NCBI GenBank assembly: GCA_026702745.1
Contig: JAPPBT010000005.1
Location: 15,387 to 79,386 of the forward strand
Origin: Gemmatimonadota bacterium
Lineage (GTDB): Bacteria > JAAXHH01
DNA length: 64,000 nucleotides
Direction of reading: 5' to 3'
Shown here one piece after another: positions 36,534-46,286 of this stretch (positions within the stretch are counted from its first letter, which is position 1; each line of letters starts with the position of its first letter). The notes beneath the pieces were generated by a model. It worked only from the letters and a program-made list of their open reading frames with translations, ran no database searches and was not told the DNA's origin. Both the position numbers and the translations under genes were made by a program.

Positions 36534-36896
36534 ATGCAATCTGATATCAGAAAGTGGATCGCCGAAAGCAGAGTTAAACTGGACGGGAAGGGGCTGGATG
36601 ACAGGGACCTGGATCGGCTGGAGGCGCTCCTTGACGGCAAGTCCCGCCCGAAGATCATGTACCTGACGGCCCGGTCGATTAATATGCGATCCGGGATCGC
36701 CGGTTGGGCGGTTTTCGTACCGGGCGAGGGACCGGAGCTCAAGTTGCCGAGTGACGAGCCGCCTTACGAATCCGTACTGGATGCGGTTGCCGACGGGTGG
36801 CGCGTGGTGCAGTACCCCATAAATAAGCTTTACGAATACAAGGACCTCGAAAACGACTACGTGGGTTTCGATTTCATACTCGAGAAGTGGAACTGA
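36534..36896 (+). CDS. Hypothetical 120-aa protein, first gene of a PhyH/cupin/enolase operon
   Basis: Clean ORF with host-like codon usage; EPPYESVLDAVADGWRVVQYP motif; 12 bp before the PhyH gene. Confidence 0.75.
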   Translation: MQSDIRKWIAESRVKLDGKGLDDRDLDRLEALLDGKSRPKIMYLTARSINMRSGIAGWAVFVPGEGPELKLPSDEPPYESVLDAVADGWRVVQYPINKLYEYKDLENDYVGFDFILEKWN

Positions 36897-36908
36897 GGAG
36901 GCGTTGCC

Positions 36909-37712
36909 ATGGCGGAGATCAGACCGACGATGACCGATGACGACGTGATGGATTTCGTGGCCAATGGATACGTCGTGCTCGACGAGATGGTGGGTGCCGA
37001 TTTCAACGAGCGGTGCAGGAACCTGAAGCAAGGCCCCGCGAAGGAAACGGTCGGCTCGCACGATTTCATCCGCGAAGTACTGCTCCATCCCCGGTTGGCC
37101 GGCGTGATCCGATCGTTGCTCGGTCCGAACTTCCTGATGCCGACGGGGGGCCATCACCATCTCATCGACCAGCCGGTCTCGGGCCAGGATTGGCATTCGG
37201 ATGGCATTTCCGGCCTCGGATACGAGATCAACGAACTGCAGTGCTACTATTATCCTCAGGACGTGAACATCGAAGACGGTCCGACCATGATCCTGCCCGG
37301 TTCCCACTGCCGGGCGGTCAACCGCGACGCCCTGGCCCACTACGGCGATCTTGCCGGTCAGCTTTCACTCGTTGTGAAGGCCGGCACCGTGGCCATTACC
37401 CGGTACGGCATCTGGCACCGGGCCGGCCCCAAGCTCAATCACAAGCCCCGCAGCATGATCAAGTTCTCCTACTTCCGCAATTCGGATCCGCGACGGCGTG
37501 ACTGGCTGATCGATTCGGAAGAAATCCCTGCGTATCGGGATCGCCCGGCCGCGCCCTACACGAGCGGGGTGGAATCCTACCGGGACCTGAGGCGCCGCAT
37601 CCACACCTGGAACTGGCTGTGCGGGCTGAGCGAGGAAGAGTCCATGGCCCACGACCGGTGGCGGCCCGCCTACGAGACCGGCACGCAGCCCGTCGAGGAA
37701 GTGGCCCTTTGA
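36909..37712 (+). CDS. PhyH family dioxygenase
   Basis: DFVANGYV, WHSD, IWHRA. Confidence 0.87.
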   Translation: MAEIRPTMTDDDVMDFVANGYVVLDEMVGADFNERCRNLKQGPAKETVGSHDFIREVLLHPRLAGVIRSLLGPNFLMPTGGHHHLIDQPVSGQDWHSDGISGLGYEINELQCYYYPQDVNIEDGPTMILPGSHCRAVNRDALAHYGDLAGQLSLVVKAGTVAITRYGIWHRAGPKLNHKPRSMIKFSYFRNSDPRRRDWLIDSEEIPAYRDRPAAPYTSGVESYRDLRRRIHTWNWLCGLSEEESMAHDRWRPAYETGTQPVEEVAL

Positions 37713-37762
37713 GGTTGATACCCCTTGAGGTAGATGCCCCTTGAGGTAGATGCCCCTTGAAG
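37705..37762. repeat. 16-bp tandem repeat (CCCCTTGAGGTAGATG-like) beginning at the PhyH stop codon
   Basis: Read directly from the sequence. Confidence 0.85.
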
Positions 37763-37819
37763 TTCCTGCAGGCTCACACCCCCGGATGAGGATATCGCCG
37801 GGAGCCCGGAGCGGCCAGC

Positions 37820-38635
37820 ATGCGGATTACCCATACCAGGCGTGAAGAGATGCACCTGGGCGTTAGCCACGGCGGCGCCGCGGCAAGCTACTTCAACCCA
37901 GGCTTCAGCGAACGTGACTTCGAGTCGCCGTGGACGTTCATCCACTCGGTGATCTTCCCGCCCGGCAGCGGCATAGGACAACACAGCCACACCCACGCGG
38001 AAGAAATCTTCGTTACCATCGACAACGCCGCGCAATTCACCCACAACGGCCGCACGGCCGAAGTCGTCGGCGGCGCCGCGGTGCCCCTGCGCTCGGGCGA
38101 GTCCCACGGCATCTACAACCACACGGACCGGGACACCTGGTTCTTCAATTTTCACTGCGTGGATACGGTCCGCGAACCGAAGCACGAGGATTTCGACGAC
38201 CCGCGCATCGGGGTCGAGCTGGAGTCCACGGACCGCCTGCCCGTGGGGCGTTTCGACCGCGCCCTGCTGAAACCTCGACGGCACCACGGCGGCAAGGGCG
38301 AAGTGTTTTTTCGGGAGGTATGGGGCAGCCGGGATTTCCAGACGAATTTCGAGTATCTCTGCCATATACTGCTGCCGCCAGGCACTTCCGTAGGTTACCA
38401 CCGGCACGTGATCGTCGACGAGGCCTATATGATCATGAACGGCAGCGGCCGGATGACGGTCGACGACGAGACGGAAGAGGTCGTCCGCGGGGACGCTATC
38501 CCGAATAACATGGGAGGGGCGCACGGTATCTACAACCATACGGATGAGGACCTGGAACTTTTTGTCGTCGGCGTGAGCCTGGAAAAGGGCAAGGTGGACG
38601 CGACCGACCTGGGCGACGACCTGGCAGGACGATGA
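37820..38635 (+). CDS. Bicupin (double cupin domain) protein
   Basis: GQHSHTHAEE...ESHGIYNH and GYHRHVIVDE...GAHGIYNH. Confidence 0.85.
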   Translation: MRITHTRREEMHLGVSHGGAAASYFNPGFSERDFESPWTFIHSVIFPPGSGIGQHSHTHAEEIFVTIDNAAQFTHNGRTAEVVGGAAVPLRSGESHGIYNHTDRDTWFFNFHCVDTVREPKHEDFDDPRIGVELESTDRLPVGRFDRALLKPRRHHGGKGEVFFREVWGSRDFQTNFEYLCHILLPPGTSVGYHRHVIVDEAYMIMNGSGRMTVDDETEEVVRGDAIPNNMGGAHGIYNHTDEDLELFVVGVSLEKGKVDATDLGDDLAGR

Positions 38636-38669
38636 CGGCCAGGCACCCCGTGGAAGCCGAATCTATACC

Positions 38670-39473
38670 ATGACAGACGAATCCTTTCAAGCCCACGTAC
38701 TGGACCTCAAGGTCGAAGGCTACACCATCCTGACGGGCCAGTTGACGGCGGAGGAGTGCGCCGAGGCGCGCAGGGAACTGGAAGCCCGTTACCCCGACCG
38801 GGAACAGGGCAGTTTCGAGTGGCTGTTCAACAAGGCGCGGGTCTTCGAGCGGTTCTACCAGCTGCCCGACCTGCTGCGGCTGGTCCGCCACTTCCTGGGT
38901 TCCGACGCGCTCCTGAGCGCGGTGTACGGTTCGGTGGTGATACCCGGTGAAGGCGGCCACGGCCTGCATTCCGACAGCGGCATCACGGGACACAACCGCG
39001 AGGCGTCCATGCCCGATGCCGACGAAGGACGCCGGATCACCAGCCATTCGATCGCGCTGAACGTGATCTTCTGCCTGAGCCCTTTCACCGAGACCAACGG
39101 CGCCACCGAGTTCGTCCCCGGAAGCCACCGATACGAGTACCTGGACGTGCCCGATTCGGCCTACGGCAACGCCCGGACCGCCGTCGCCCCGGAAGGGTCG
39201 CTGGTGCTCTTCGACGTGAATACCTGGCACGGCACGACGAAGAACCAGACCGATGCGCCGCGCTACGCGGTATTGAGCCCGTGGCGGAGGCGCTGGACGA
39301 AATGCGAATACGAGATGGCCCGCGTGGTCAAGCCCGACGTACTCGAGCGGGCAGGCGAGGACGGACCGGTCATCTTCGGGTTCCAGGCCCAGTCCCCCTA
39401 CACGGAACTCTGGCAATGGGACCGGGAAGAAGGCGGTCCGAAACCGGAGTTCAATCACCTGCGGCGGGACTGA
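38670..39473 (+). CDS. PhyH family dioxygenase
   Basis: LKVEGYTI, GLHSD, FTETNGATEFVPGSH, TWHGT. Confidence 0.88.
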   Translation: MTDESFQAHVLDLKVEGYTILTGQLTAEECAEARRELEARYPDREQGSFEWLFNKARVFERFYQLPDLLRLVRHFLGSDALLSAVYGSVVIPGEGGHGLHSDSGITGHNREASMPDADEGRRITSHSIALNVIFCLSPFTETNGATEFVPGSHRYEYLDVPDSAYGNARTAVAPEGSLVLFDVNTWHGTTKNQTDAPRYAVLSPWRRRWTKCEYEMARVVKPDVLERAGEDGPVIFGFQAQSPYTELWQWDREEGGPKPEFNHLRRD

Positions 39474-39574
39474 GGGCGTAGAGTCTTCAAACGGTCCTGG
39501 CCACCGGCAGCAGTTGTCGGCGACCGAAAGACTGCAGGCAACCACGCGGCCGAGATGACGTCCGGAGGAAACCG

Positions 39575-40696
39575 TTGAAAATCACCGATGTGAAAGTTCA
39601 CCTGGTAGAGTCCTGGCGCAAAACCCGGGACATCGGATCGCCGTGGATCTTCGTCCAGGTCCATACCGACGAGGGCGTCGTGGGCCTGGGGGACGCCACG
39701 AACTGGCCGGGCGGTACGATCATCGCCCAATCCGTGGAGGAACTGGGCAAGCTCATCATCGGCGAGAATCCCTTCCACATCGAGTACCTGTACCATCGCA
39801 TGTACTACGCCCTGGAGCAGATCGGGCAGACCGGCGCGGTCATCGCGGCCGTCAGCGGCATCGAGATCGCCCTGTGGGACATCGTGGGCAAGGTCACCGG
39901 GCAACCTATTTACAACCTCATCGGCGGACCGTGCCGCGACCGCATCCGGTTCTACAGCCACGCCTCCAACCCGGAAGAATGCGCAGCGCTGGCCGAGAAG
40001 GGCGTTACCGCCATCAAGGCGTACTTCCCCGCCGACCCGATGGTCAAAGGTGAACGCATTGACTCACCCAGGTCCGTCACGCTGCGGGAAGAGAAGCTCG
40101 CCCTGGAACACATGCGCCGGTGCCGCGAGGCGGTCGGCGACGAGGTGGACCTCTGCACCGACGTGGGATGCCGGTACACCACGAGTGCCGCGATCCGCAT
40201 TGGCAACCGGCTGGAGGAGATCGGCCTGCTGTTCTACGAGGAGCCCGTCCACCCGGAGAACATCGATGCCCTGGCCCGGGTGACGGCGTCTGTCAACGTG
40301 CCCGTGTGCGTGGGGGAGCGCCGGTACACGCGCTTCGGCTTCCGGGACCTGATCGCCGCCCAGGCCGTCGACATGATCATGCCCGACGTGGTGCGCACGG
40401 GCGGCATCATGGAGACCAAGAAAATCGCCGCCATGGCCGAAAGCTACTACATGCAGGTCTCGCCCCACAATCCGAACAGCGCCCTGTCGACGACAGCGAG
40501 CCTCCACGTTATGGCCAACATCCCGAACGCCCTGGTCCTCGAGTTCGTGGACGAAAAATGGGACGCACCCTGGCGCGACGATCTGCTGACCGATCCGCCG
40601 GTCGTGGAAAGCGGCTATTTCCGGCTGCCCGAGAAACCCGGGCTGGGGACGGAGCTGAACATGGACGTCGTGGAGAAGTATCGATTCGAAGGTTGA
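39575..40696 (+). CDS. Mandelate racemase/muconate lactonizing enzyme family (galactonate dehydratase-like)
   Basis: GIEIALWDIVGK, FYEEP, CVGER, PHNP; TTG start after GGAGG. Confidence 0.9.
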   Translation: MKITDVKVHLVESWRKTRDIGSPWIFVQVHTDEGVVGLGDATNWPGGTIIAQSVEELGKLIIGENPFHIEYLYHRMYYALEQIGQTGAVIAAVSGIEIALWDIVGKVTGQPIYNLIGGPCRDRIRFYSHASNPEECAALAEKGVTAIKAYFPADPMVKGERIDSPRSVTLREEKLALEHMRRCREAVGDEVDLCTDVGCRYTTSAAIRIGNRLEEIGLLFYEEPVHPENIDALARVTASVNVPVCVGERRYTRFGFRDLIAAQAVDMIMPDVVRTGGIMETKKIAAMAESYYMQVSPHNPNSALSTTASLHVMANIPNALVLEFVDEKWDAPWRDDLLTDPPVVESGYFRLPEKPGLGTELNMDVVEKYRFEG

Positions 40697-40708
40697 AGGA
40701 GCAGGCCA

Positions 40709-41863
40709 ATGCAGTTACATGACGACAAACAATCCAACCGCGCGGACAATATCCAGGGCGCCGAGATCCGGCTGCCGTCCGAGGACCTGACCGCGGACCT
40801 GGCCTTCTTCATGAAGACCCTCGGGTTCCGCATGGACAAGATCTACCCCGCCGACTACCCGACGATCTCCGTACTGTCGGGTCATGGACTGACCATCCGG
40901 CTGGAGCAGGGCGCGCCCGAGCCGCCCGGGACGCTGCGGATCCTGTGCCGCGATCCGGCAGTCCTGGCGGGCGGCGAGACCGAACTCACCGCGCCGAACG
41001 GCACTCGTGTCGAAATCGTACAGGCCGATCCGCCGCTGGAGATTCCGCCGACGCAGCACGCCTTCCTCGTGCGGCGCCTCAAGGACAACACGCCCTGGGT
41101 GATCGGCCGCGCGGGCATGCACTACCGCGACCTGGTGCCCGGACGCCTGGGTGGAAGCATTATCGCCTCCCACATCCGGATCCCCGATGCGGGTCCCGTA
41201 CCCGACGTCGTGCACTACCACACCGTGGGATTCCAGTTGATCTTCGCCTACCGGGGCGAGGTGAAGCTCGTCTACGAGGACCAGGGACCGCCCTTCATGC
41301 TGAAGGCCGGGGACTGCGTCATCCAGCCCCCGGAGATCCGGCACCGGGTGCTCGAATCGTCCGAGAACCTGCAGGTGATCGAGATCGGCGTTCCGGCAGA
41401 CCACGTGACCACTATCGATCACGAGGTCGAGTTGCCGACCGGGGTGCTGAATCCCGCTCGCGTCTTCGGCGGTCAAACGTTCTGCCGCCACCAGCTCAAG
41501 GACGCGGAGTGGGAACCGTGGAGACTGGCGGGATTCGAGGCACGGGAAACGGGCATTGGAAAGGCGACGGGCGGTGTGGCCTCGGTGCAGGTTGCCCGCG
41601 CGACGACGGGCACGGATGGCGCGGACGGCCGCTCCTCTGACGGCGGCGAACAGGTCACGAGCCACACGGGCGATATCCTCTTCACCTTCGTGATGGAAGG
41701 GGAGGTGACGCTGAACGGGGAAAACCAGGTCGCCCACAGGCTCGAGGCGGGGGACGCCTACGTCATTCCGCCCCACACGAAGACCTCACTCACGGACCGC
41801 TCGGCCGACCTCGAACTCCTCGAGGTGGCGCTGCCCGCGCAGTTCGAGACCATCGTGCACTAA
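40709..41863 (+). CDS. VOC-fold plus cupin fusion protein
   Basis: N-terminal DLAFFMKTLGFR glyoxalase-like segment; VHYH...PEIRHRV cupin; a second cupin-like segment at the C-terminus. Confidence 0.78.
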   Translation: MQLHDDKQSNRADNIQGAEIRLPSEDLTADLAFFMKTLGFRMDKIYPADYPTISVLSGHGLTIRLEQGAPEPPGTLRILCRDPAVLAGGETELTAPNGTRVEIVQADPPLEIPPTQHAFLVRRLKDNTPWVIGRAGMHYRDLVPGRLGGSIIASHIRIPDAGPVPDVVHYHTVGFQLIFAYRGEVKLVYEDQGPPFMLKAGDCVIQPPEIRHRVLESSENLQVIEIGVPADHVTTIDHEVELPTGVLNPARVFGGQTFCRHQLKDAEWEPWRLAGFEARETGIGKATGGVASVQVARATTGTDGADGRSSDGGEQVTSHTGDILFTFVMEGEVTLNGENQVAHRLEAGDAYVIPPHTKTSLTDRSADLELLEVALPAQFETIVH

Positions 41864-41913
41864 TCCACTAAGCACACCCGGTCGATATCGGGGCTGGGGC
41901 GCAGTCTGTTACG

Positions 41914-42711
41914 TCACACGCCCAGCACCCCGCGCAACCGGTCGGACGCCCGGGACAGCACCGTGGGCGGCACGGGTACGTGGTTATAATCGGAAAATCG
42001 CCGGTGGGCCCAGTGGGCGGCATACTGGGACTGGAAGACGTAGCGCATCCGGTCGGACGTGACCGGCGCTCCCCGGTGCCAGCACTGGTTGTTCTGAAGG
42101 TAGACGTCACCCGCCTTGCAGAAGACCGATACCGGTCCCCGGCCTTCGAACTCGGGGTGATCCTGGCTGTTGGGGTCCCTGCCGGAATAGTGGCTGCCGG
42201 GGACGAACTGCGTCGGGCCGTCCTCGACCGTGTCGATGTCGGTGAGCGCCATCTGGATGGTGAACCACTGCACCGGCATGCGGATGCGGGGGTCGTGGCG
42301 GGGCACGTCGTCCGGCAGCGGGAACTCCACCCGGTCGTCCACGTGCCACAGATCGATCGCCTGGCCCGGCGCGTTGCGGATCACGTTCTGACCGCAGAAC
42401 TTGCAGTCCTCTCCCACGACCGCCTCGGCCAGGCTCAGGATCGGCTCCCGGATCAGCATGTCCACGAACACCGCGTCCAGCTCCAGCGTGTTCCGCAACA
42501 CGAATCCGTCGCCCTGTCCGCTCACGTAGTCGGTGCCGGCCAGCACGGGATCGTTGAAGCAACGGTCCGTGACCTCGCGGAGTGCGTCGATTTCTTCCCG
42601 CGTCAGCACCCCGGGGATGAGGGTGACACCATTCCTGAAAAAGTCCTCGAGAATCACTTCCATTTGGGCGTCGTCGAGGCGCTCGCCGGGTAGTATGCGT
42701 TTTGAGATCAC
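41914..42711 (-). CDS. PhyH family dioxygenase
   Basis: FFRNGVT, WHVD, GPTQFVPGSH, CWHRG. Confidence 0.88.
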   Translation of the reverse strand: MISKRILPGERLDDAQMEVILEDFFRNGVTLIPGVLTREEIDALREVTDRCFNDPVLAGTDYVSGQGDGFVLRNTLELDAVFVDMLIREPILSLAEAVVGEDCKFCGQNVIRNAPGQAIDLWHVDDRVEFPLPDDVPRHDPRIRMPVQWFTIQMALTDIDTVEDGPTQFVPGSHYSGRDPNSQDHPEFEGRGPVSVFCKAGDVYLQNNQCWHRGAPVTSDRMRYVFQSQYAAHWAHRRFSDYNHVPVPPTVLSRASDRLRGVLGV

Positions 42712-42753
42712 GGTTCATCCTTCCGTTTACCAATCCCAGACAGTCGATATTCG

Positions 42754-43242
42754 CTAAACACTCGCCCTTTCAGCAGCAGTTCTCAAGACATCTACTATAC
42801 GTTGGGCTCGCTCACCTACTTGATTGAACCAACGCGAGTCCTCGGCCTCAATGGCAGCGAGGGCATAGTCACGCTTTTCTATGGCCACGATCGTTTTTTT
42901 GAACTTCCGAAACGTTGTCAGACCGAGGTTGAACATCATGTTCGATACTACCCGTTTAACATCATCAGGATGAGAATCGAAGTCGGTGAAGACGCCACGT
43001 GCTTCAATGTGGCATCGTTCGATATCGTTCTGACAAAGGTATTTCGCTTCTTTGTCAGTGATTCCGTCATCAACGTTACTCCGACCTAAATAGGCTGCTT
43101 CCTCCTCCGAAATACCTACGTCCTCAAGGTTTCGACCAATACCAATGGTCTTTTTGTTTGCCGGACACATGTAGGGTATAAGACGAACCCCTTCGTCTCT
43201 CTTCAAGTCTTCAAAAAGGCGGTCTTTCCAGTCCATTTTCAA
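42754..43242 (-). CDS. Phage T4-type lysozyme (glycoside hydrolase family 24)
   Basis: DEGVRLIPYMCPANKKTIGIGRNL (Glu/Cys/Thr at the catalytic positions), NMMFNLG, AEDSRWFNQVGERA; no signal peptide. Confidence 0.88.
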   Translation of the reverse strand: MKMDWKDRLFEDLKRDEGVRLIPYMCPANKKTIGIGRNLEDVGISEEEAAYLGRSNVDDGITDKEAKYLCQNDIERCHIEARGVFTDFDSHPDDVKRVVSNMMFNLGLTTFRKFKKTIVAIEKRDYALAAIEAEDSRWFNQVGERAQRIVDVLRTAAERASV

Positions 43243-43296
43243 AACTCCAAATTGTTCAACTGTATGGATATTACCAGTAGTTTCTACATCCCGTTT

Positions 43297-43854
43297 TTAG
43301 TTGTATGGATTCCTCCCGTGTCTACTAATCCGGTTTCTGCGAATGAATCGATGTAGTCCATCACCAGAATCCTTAATTATGAAACGGTGTTTTCGCGCCC
43401 ATTGGTCCTTTATCGCCGCCGCTTCATTTTCACTCAACAGATCCTGATCTATCATGGATTCGAGCAGATCTGGTGTTGTAATGACTTTAAGATTTTGGTT
43501 GATACTATGAGCATGCTTAATGGCACGGCGGTCATCCATTGCCAGGATGAGATTACGATGGACCGCAAGCGCGATGGCAGAACACTCACCACCACCCAGG
43601 ATCCTCGTTGCGATAAGTGATCCAAAAAGCTCCAGTTCATCAGTACTCTTTATGGTCATTTGCTGTAGCGTGCCGTCAGAAATGGAGTTTCGTAGTTGAA
43701 GCTTCTGTACCGCGTAATGATCGGTTATTTCTGACACGACATGATCCGTAACGATGTAATTAAGGGAATGTCGCCTTAATAGGTCCATACGAGCTATTCG
43801 CAGGAAATTGACAAGCACAGATGTATCCAGAGCGACTGAGGACATTTGCATCAC
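43297..43854 (-). CDS. PIN-domain protein (DUF3368-like)
   Basis: VALDTSVLVNF, LGGGECSAIALA, LAMDDRRA. Confidence 0.82.
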   Translation of the reverse strand: MMQMSSVALDTSVLVNFLRIARMDLLRRHSLNYIVTDHVVSEITDHYAVQKLQLRNSISDGTLQQMTIKSTDELELFGSLIATRILGGGECSAIALAVHRNLILAMDDRRAIKHAHSINQNLKVITTPDLLESMIDQDLLSENEAAAIKDQWARKHRFIIKDSGDGLHRFIRRNRISRHGRNPYN

Positions 43855-43863
43855 AATTACCCT

Positions 43864-45096
43864 TTAATCCCCTCGAGCTTTAGCAGCAAGGTCCAGGAAT
43901 CGTGGACCATCGATTTTAAGTACTTTACTAAGTTCGAGAAGTCGTCCCTGCGAAATCTCCTCCTGTCGATAGGCTTCAATGGCCAGATTTGCAACCTCGA
44001 AACGCAATTCACGCCCTGACCGTTGTATATTGTCTTTTCGTTCGACACTATCTGCGTCATTCAGCTCATTGAGTAGCTGTTTACCGAATCCCTCAAGTGA
44101 CTTTAGGCTGTCCGTCTCCTTATCAGTTAACAACTTAAGGCTTTTAAGTCTATATAGAGCCGCTTGATAGCTAACCCCGAAACGATGTGCAACTTGTGCC
44201 ACATCCTTGTATGAGATTGTTTTGGAACTTGACTCTTTACGTATTACTCCTTCAGAAGAACCACCGCTGGCAGCATCATAGACAGTCTGAATCCTGTGGT
44301 ACGGGGTTTTAAGTTCCAGATTCTGAAAAATCTCATAAACGCCATCGGCAGGTATCAAGAAAGACGCTGCAAAAGCATTGGCTCGTACTTCAACGAGTTC
44401 TGATGAATTATCACTACTCGAAACAGACAACTGTCCATTTCTATCCATTAAGGCATGCGCGTATTCATGAGCATACGAGAACTTCTTGCGTCCTCGAGAA
44501 TGGTTAGCATTGACTACAATGGCCAGACCGAATGAGATATGATTCAGAAAAAGACCAGAAACACCATTAGGCAGTTCTGCATCTGATGCCCAAACGCCTT
44601 GAGATACGATGAGTTCCGAGATTCCGCGAACCGGAGATTCGCTCAGACCCAGGCGACGGCGTTCTTCGACTGCCGCTTTGTTGCCTTGAGTAATGGCTTC
44701 TCCCTTCGTCCTGGGAGTTCTGAAATCATACGTGGGTAAACCGGTACGAGAATCCAGTCCAAGGACCTCCTTCAGGGCAACACCTTCTTGAAAAAGACTA
44801 AGGCACCCCCAGACCTGCTCACGCACAGTAGGATCCACATTTAATTCCGGCGCGACACGATACAAGGCAACGAAGATATCCTTTTCCTCGGCAGCCTCCT
44901 GAAAGAAGAAGCCTATCGGTCGTCGAAAGCATTCAGCAAGTCTTGCCAGTTCCATTGTCGAAACTGACCGGTTACCGGATTCCATCTGAGTTATTGCTGT
45001 TCTTGTCACCCCAATGGCATCCGCCGTCGCCTGTTGACTGAGCCCCCTGAACTCCCGCGCATAACGCAGTCTTTGTCCGAGCTCTCCGAGATCCAT
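43864..45096 (-). CDS. XRE-family HTH fused to an ImmA/IrrE metallopeptidase
   Basis: LRYAREFRGLSQQATADAIG HTH; RKKFSYAHEYAH (HExxH); EVRANAFAASFLIP. Confidence 0.9.
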   Translation of the reverse strand: MDLGELGQRLRYAREFRGLSQQATADAIGVTRTAITQMESGNRSVSTMELARLAECFRRPIGFFFQEAAEEKDIFVALYRVAPELNVDPTVREQVWGCLSLFQEGVALKEVLGLDSRTGLPTYDFRTPRTKGEAITQGNKAAVEERRRLGLSESPVRGISELIVSQGVWASDAELPNGVSGLFLNHISFGLAIVVNANHSRGRKKFSYAHEYAHALMDRNGQLSVSSSDNSSELVEVRANAFAASFLIPADGVYEIFQNLELKTPYHRIQTVYDAASGGSSEGVIRKESSSKTISYKDVAQVAHRFGVSYQAALYRLKSLKLLTDKETDSLKSLEGFGKQLLNELNDADSVERKDNIQRSGRELRFEVANLAIEAYRQEEISQGRLLELSKVLKIDGPRFLDLAAKARGD

Positions 45097-45144
45097 TACT
45101 CACCTCCCTCGCAGTGGTGGATCGGTTGGCGATACGTAATAGGA

Positions 45145-45173
45145 CATATACTCATTTCGAACATTAATGTCAA
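45145..45173 (-). promoter_or_regulatory. Sigma-70-like promoter (TTGACA-17-TATATG) with a perfect palindrome ACATTAATGT overlapping the -35
   Basis: -35 at 45168-45173, -10 at 45145-45150, palindrome at 45161-45170. Confidence 0.55.
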
Positions 45174-45286
45174 TATAGTTCCGTTATTGTTTGAAATTAA
45201 AACACACGTGGCAACGTATTTCGACAAGCTATTGCCGGTCAAATACCGATTAGATGGTTGAGTATATTCTGAAGAACCGGGTGGCC

Positions 45287-46273
45287 CTACCCCTCGTCCA
45301 TCACGGCCTGGATCATGGCCCGGATGTAGCCGAACTCGTAGGCGAAGGCCTGCCGGTAGCTGTCCGGATCCTTGTGACCCGGCGCGTGGTCGGGCACGCA
45401 CATGTGCGGGTAGCCAACCTCTTTGAGCGCCTGCATGTTGCGGTGCATGTTCATCACGCCCTCGTCGGGCCAGACCTCCTGGAACTTGTTGCGCCCGCCC
45501 ACGATGTTGCGGAAGTGGCAGAGGAAGATCTTCTTGCGCGAGCCGAGGTAGCGGATGATGTCCGGCACTTCGTTGAGGGGATCCAGCGAACTCTCCGCCA
45601 TGCAACCCAGGCAGAGGTTGACGCCGTGATAGGGGCTGGGACAGATCTCGATGAATTGCTTGAAACCATCGAAGCCACCGAGCACGCGGTCGACGCAGCG
45701 ATATCCGGGCGGGAGCCACGGGTCGCAGGGATGGCATGCCATGCGGACCTTGCATTCCGTTGCCACGGGGATCACCCGTTCCAGGAAGTAGGTGATGCGG
45801 GCCCAGTTCATCTCGGCCGTCACGGGCTCGTCGTACCTGGCCGGCCGGTCCTTCGCCTTCTCCAGGTCCCAGGTGCTGTAGATCGAACCGCCGCGTCCGG
45901 GCGGATCGCTCTCGGTGCGCTGGTTCTCCATCTCGCACAGGTAGTACTTGATCGCGGGGATGCCCGCTTCCGAGGCCTGGCGCACCATGTTGCAGACCAG
46001 CTCGATTTCCTTGTCGCCTTCTTCGTACTTGCCCAGCATGTAGTTGGGCACCTGGCCGCCGTCCACGTTCAGGTCGGCGATGGGCAGGGCCACCATTTCC
46101 ATTTCGATCCCGAAACGGGCGCACTTTTCCTTCTTGGCCGCCAGTTCCTCCACGTCCCAGCCGTACTCCCGGTGGAAGGTGATGTTGAGTTCGCTCTTGT
46201 TGAAGACGCCGTGACGGGCCAGGTATTCCAGGTCTTCGTCTGCCGTGCTGAACTGCTGGGTACCGACGTGCAT
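45287..46273 (-). CDS. uxuA: Mannonate dehydratase family protein
   Basis: FLERVIPVATECKVRMACHPCDP, NLCLGC, HFRNI, VPDHAP. Confidence 0.85.
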   Translation of the reverse strand: MHVGTQQFSTADEDLEYLARHGVFNKSELNITFHREYGWDVEELAAKKEKCARFGIEMEMVALPIADLNVDGGQVPNYMLGKYEEGDKEIELVCNMVRQASEAGIPAIKYYLCEMENQRTESDPPGRGGSIYSTWDLEKAKDRPARYDEPVTAEMNWARITYFLERVIPVATECKVRMACHPCDPWLPPGYRCVDRVLGGFDGFKQFIEICPSPYHGVNLCLGCMAESSLDPLNEVPDIIRYLGSRKKIFLCHFRNIVGGRNKFQEVWPDEGVMNMHRNMQALKEVGYPHMCVPDHAPGHKDPDSYRQAFAYEFGYIRAMIQAVMDEG

Positions 46274-46286
46274 GGGATCCTCCGTG

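Noticed and set aside
7313-37762. Tandem repeats (7313, 16195, 19565, 37705) as mini-CRISPR arrays
   Set aside because: Units are only 11-17 bp and abut each other with no unique spacers; no cas genes are present.
42754-45096. Prophage
   Set aside because: Apart from the lysozyme and an XRE regulator there are no structural, replication, holin or integrase genes.
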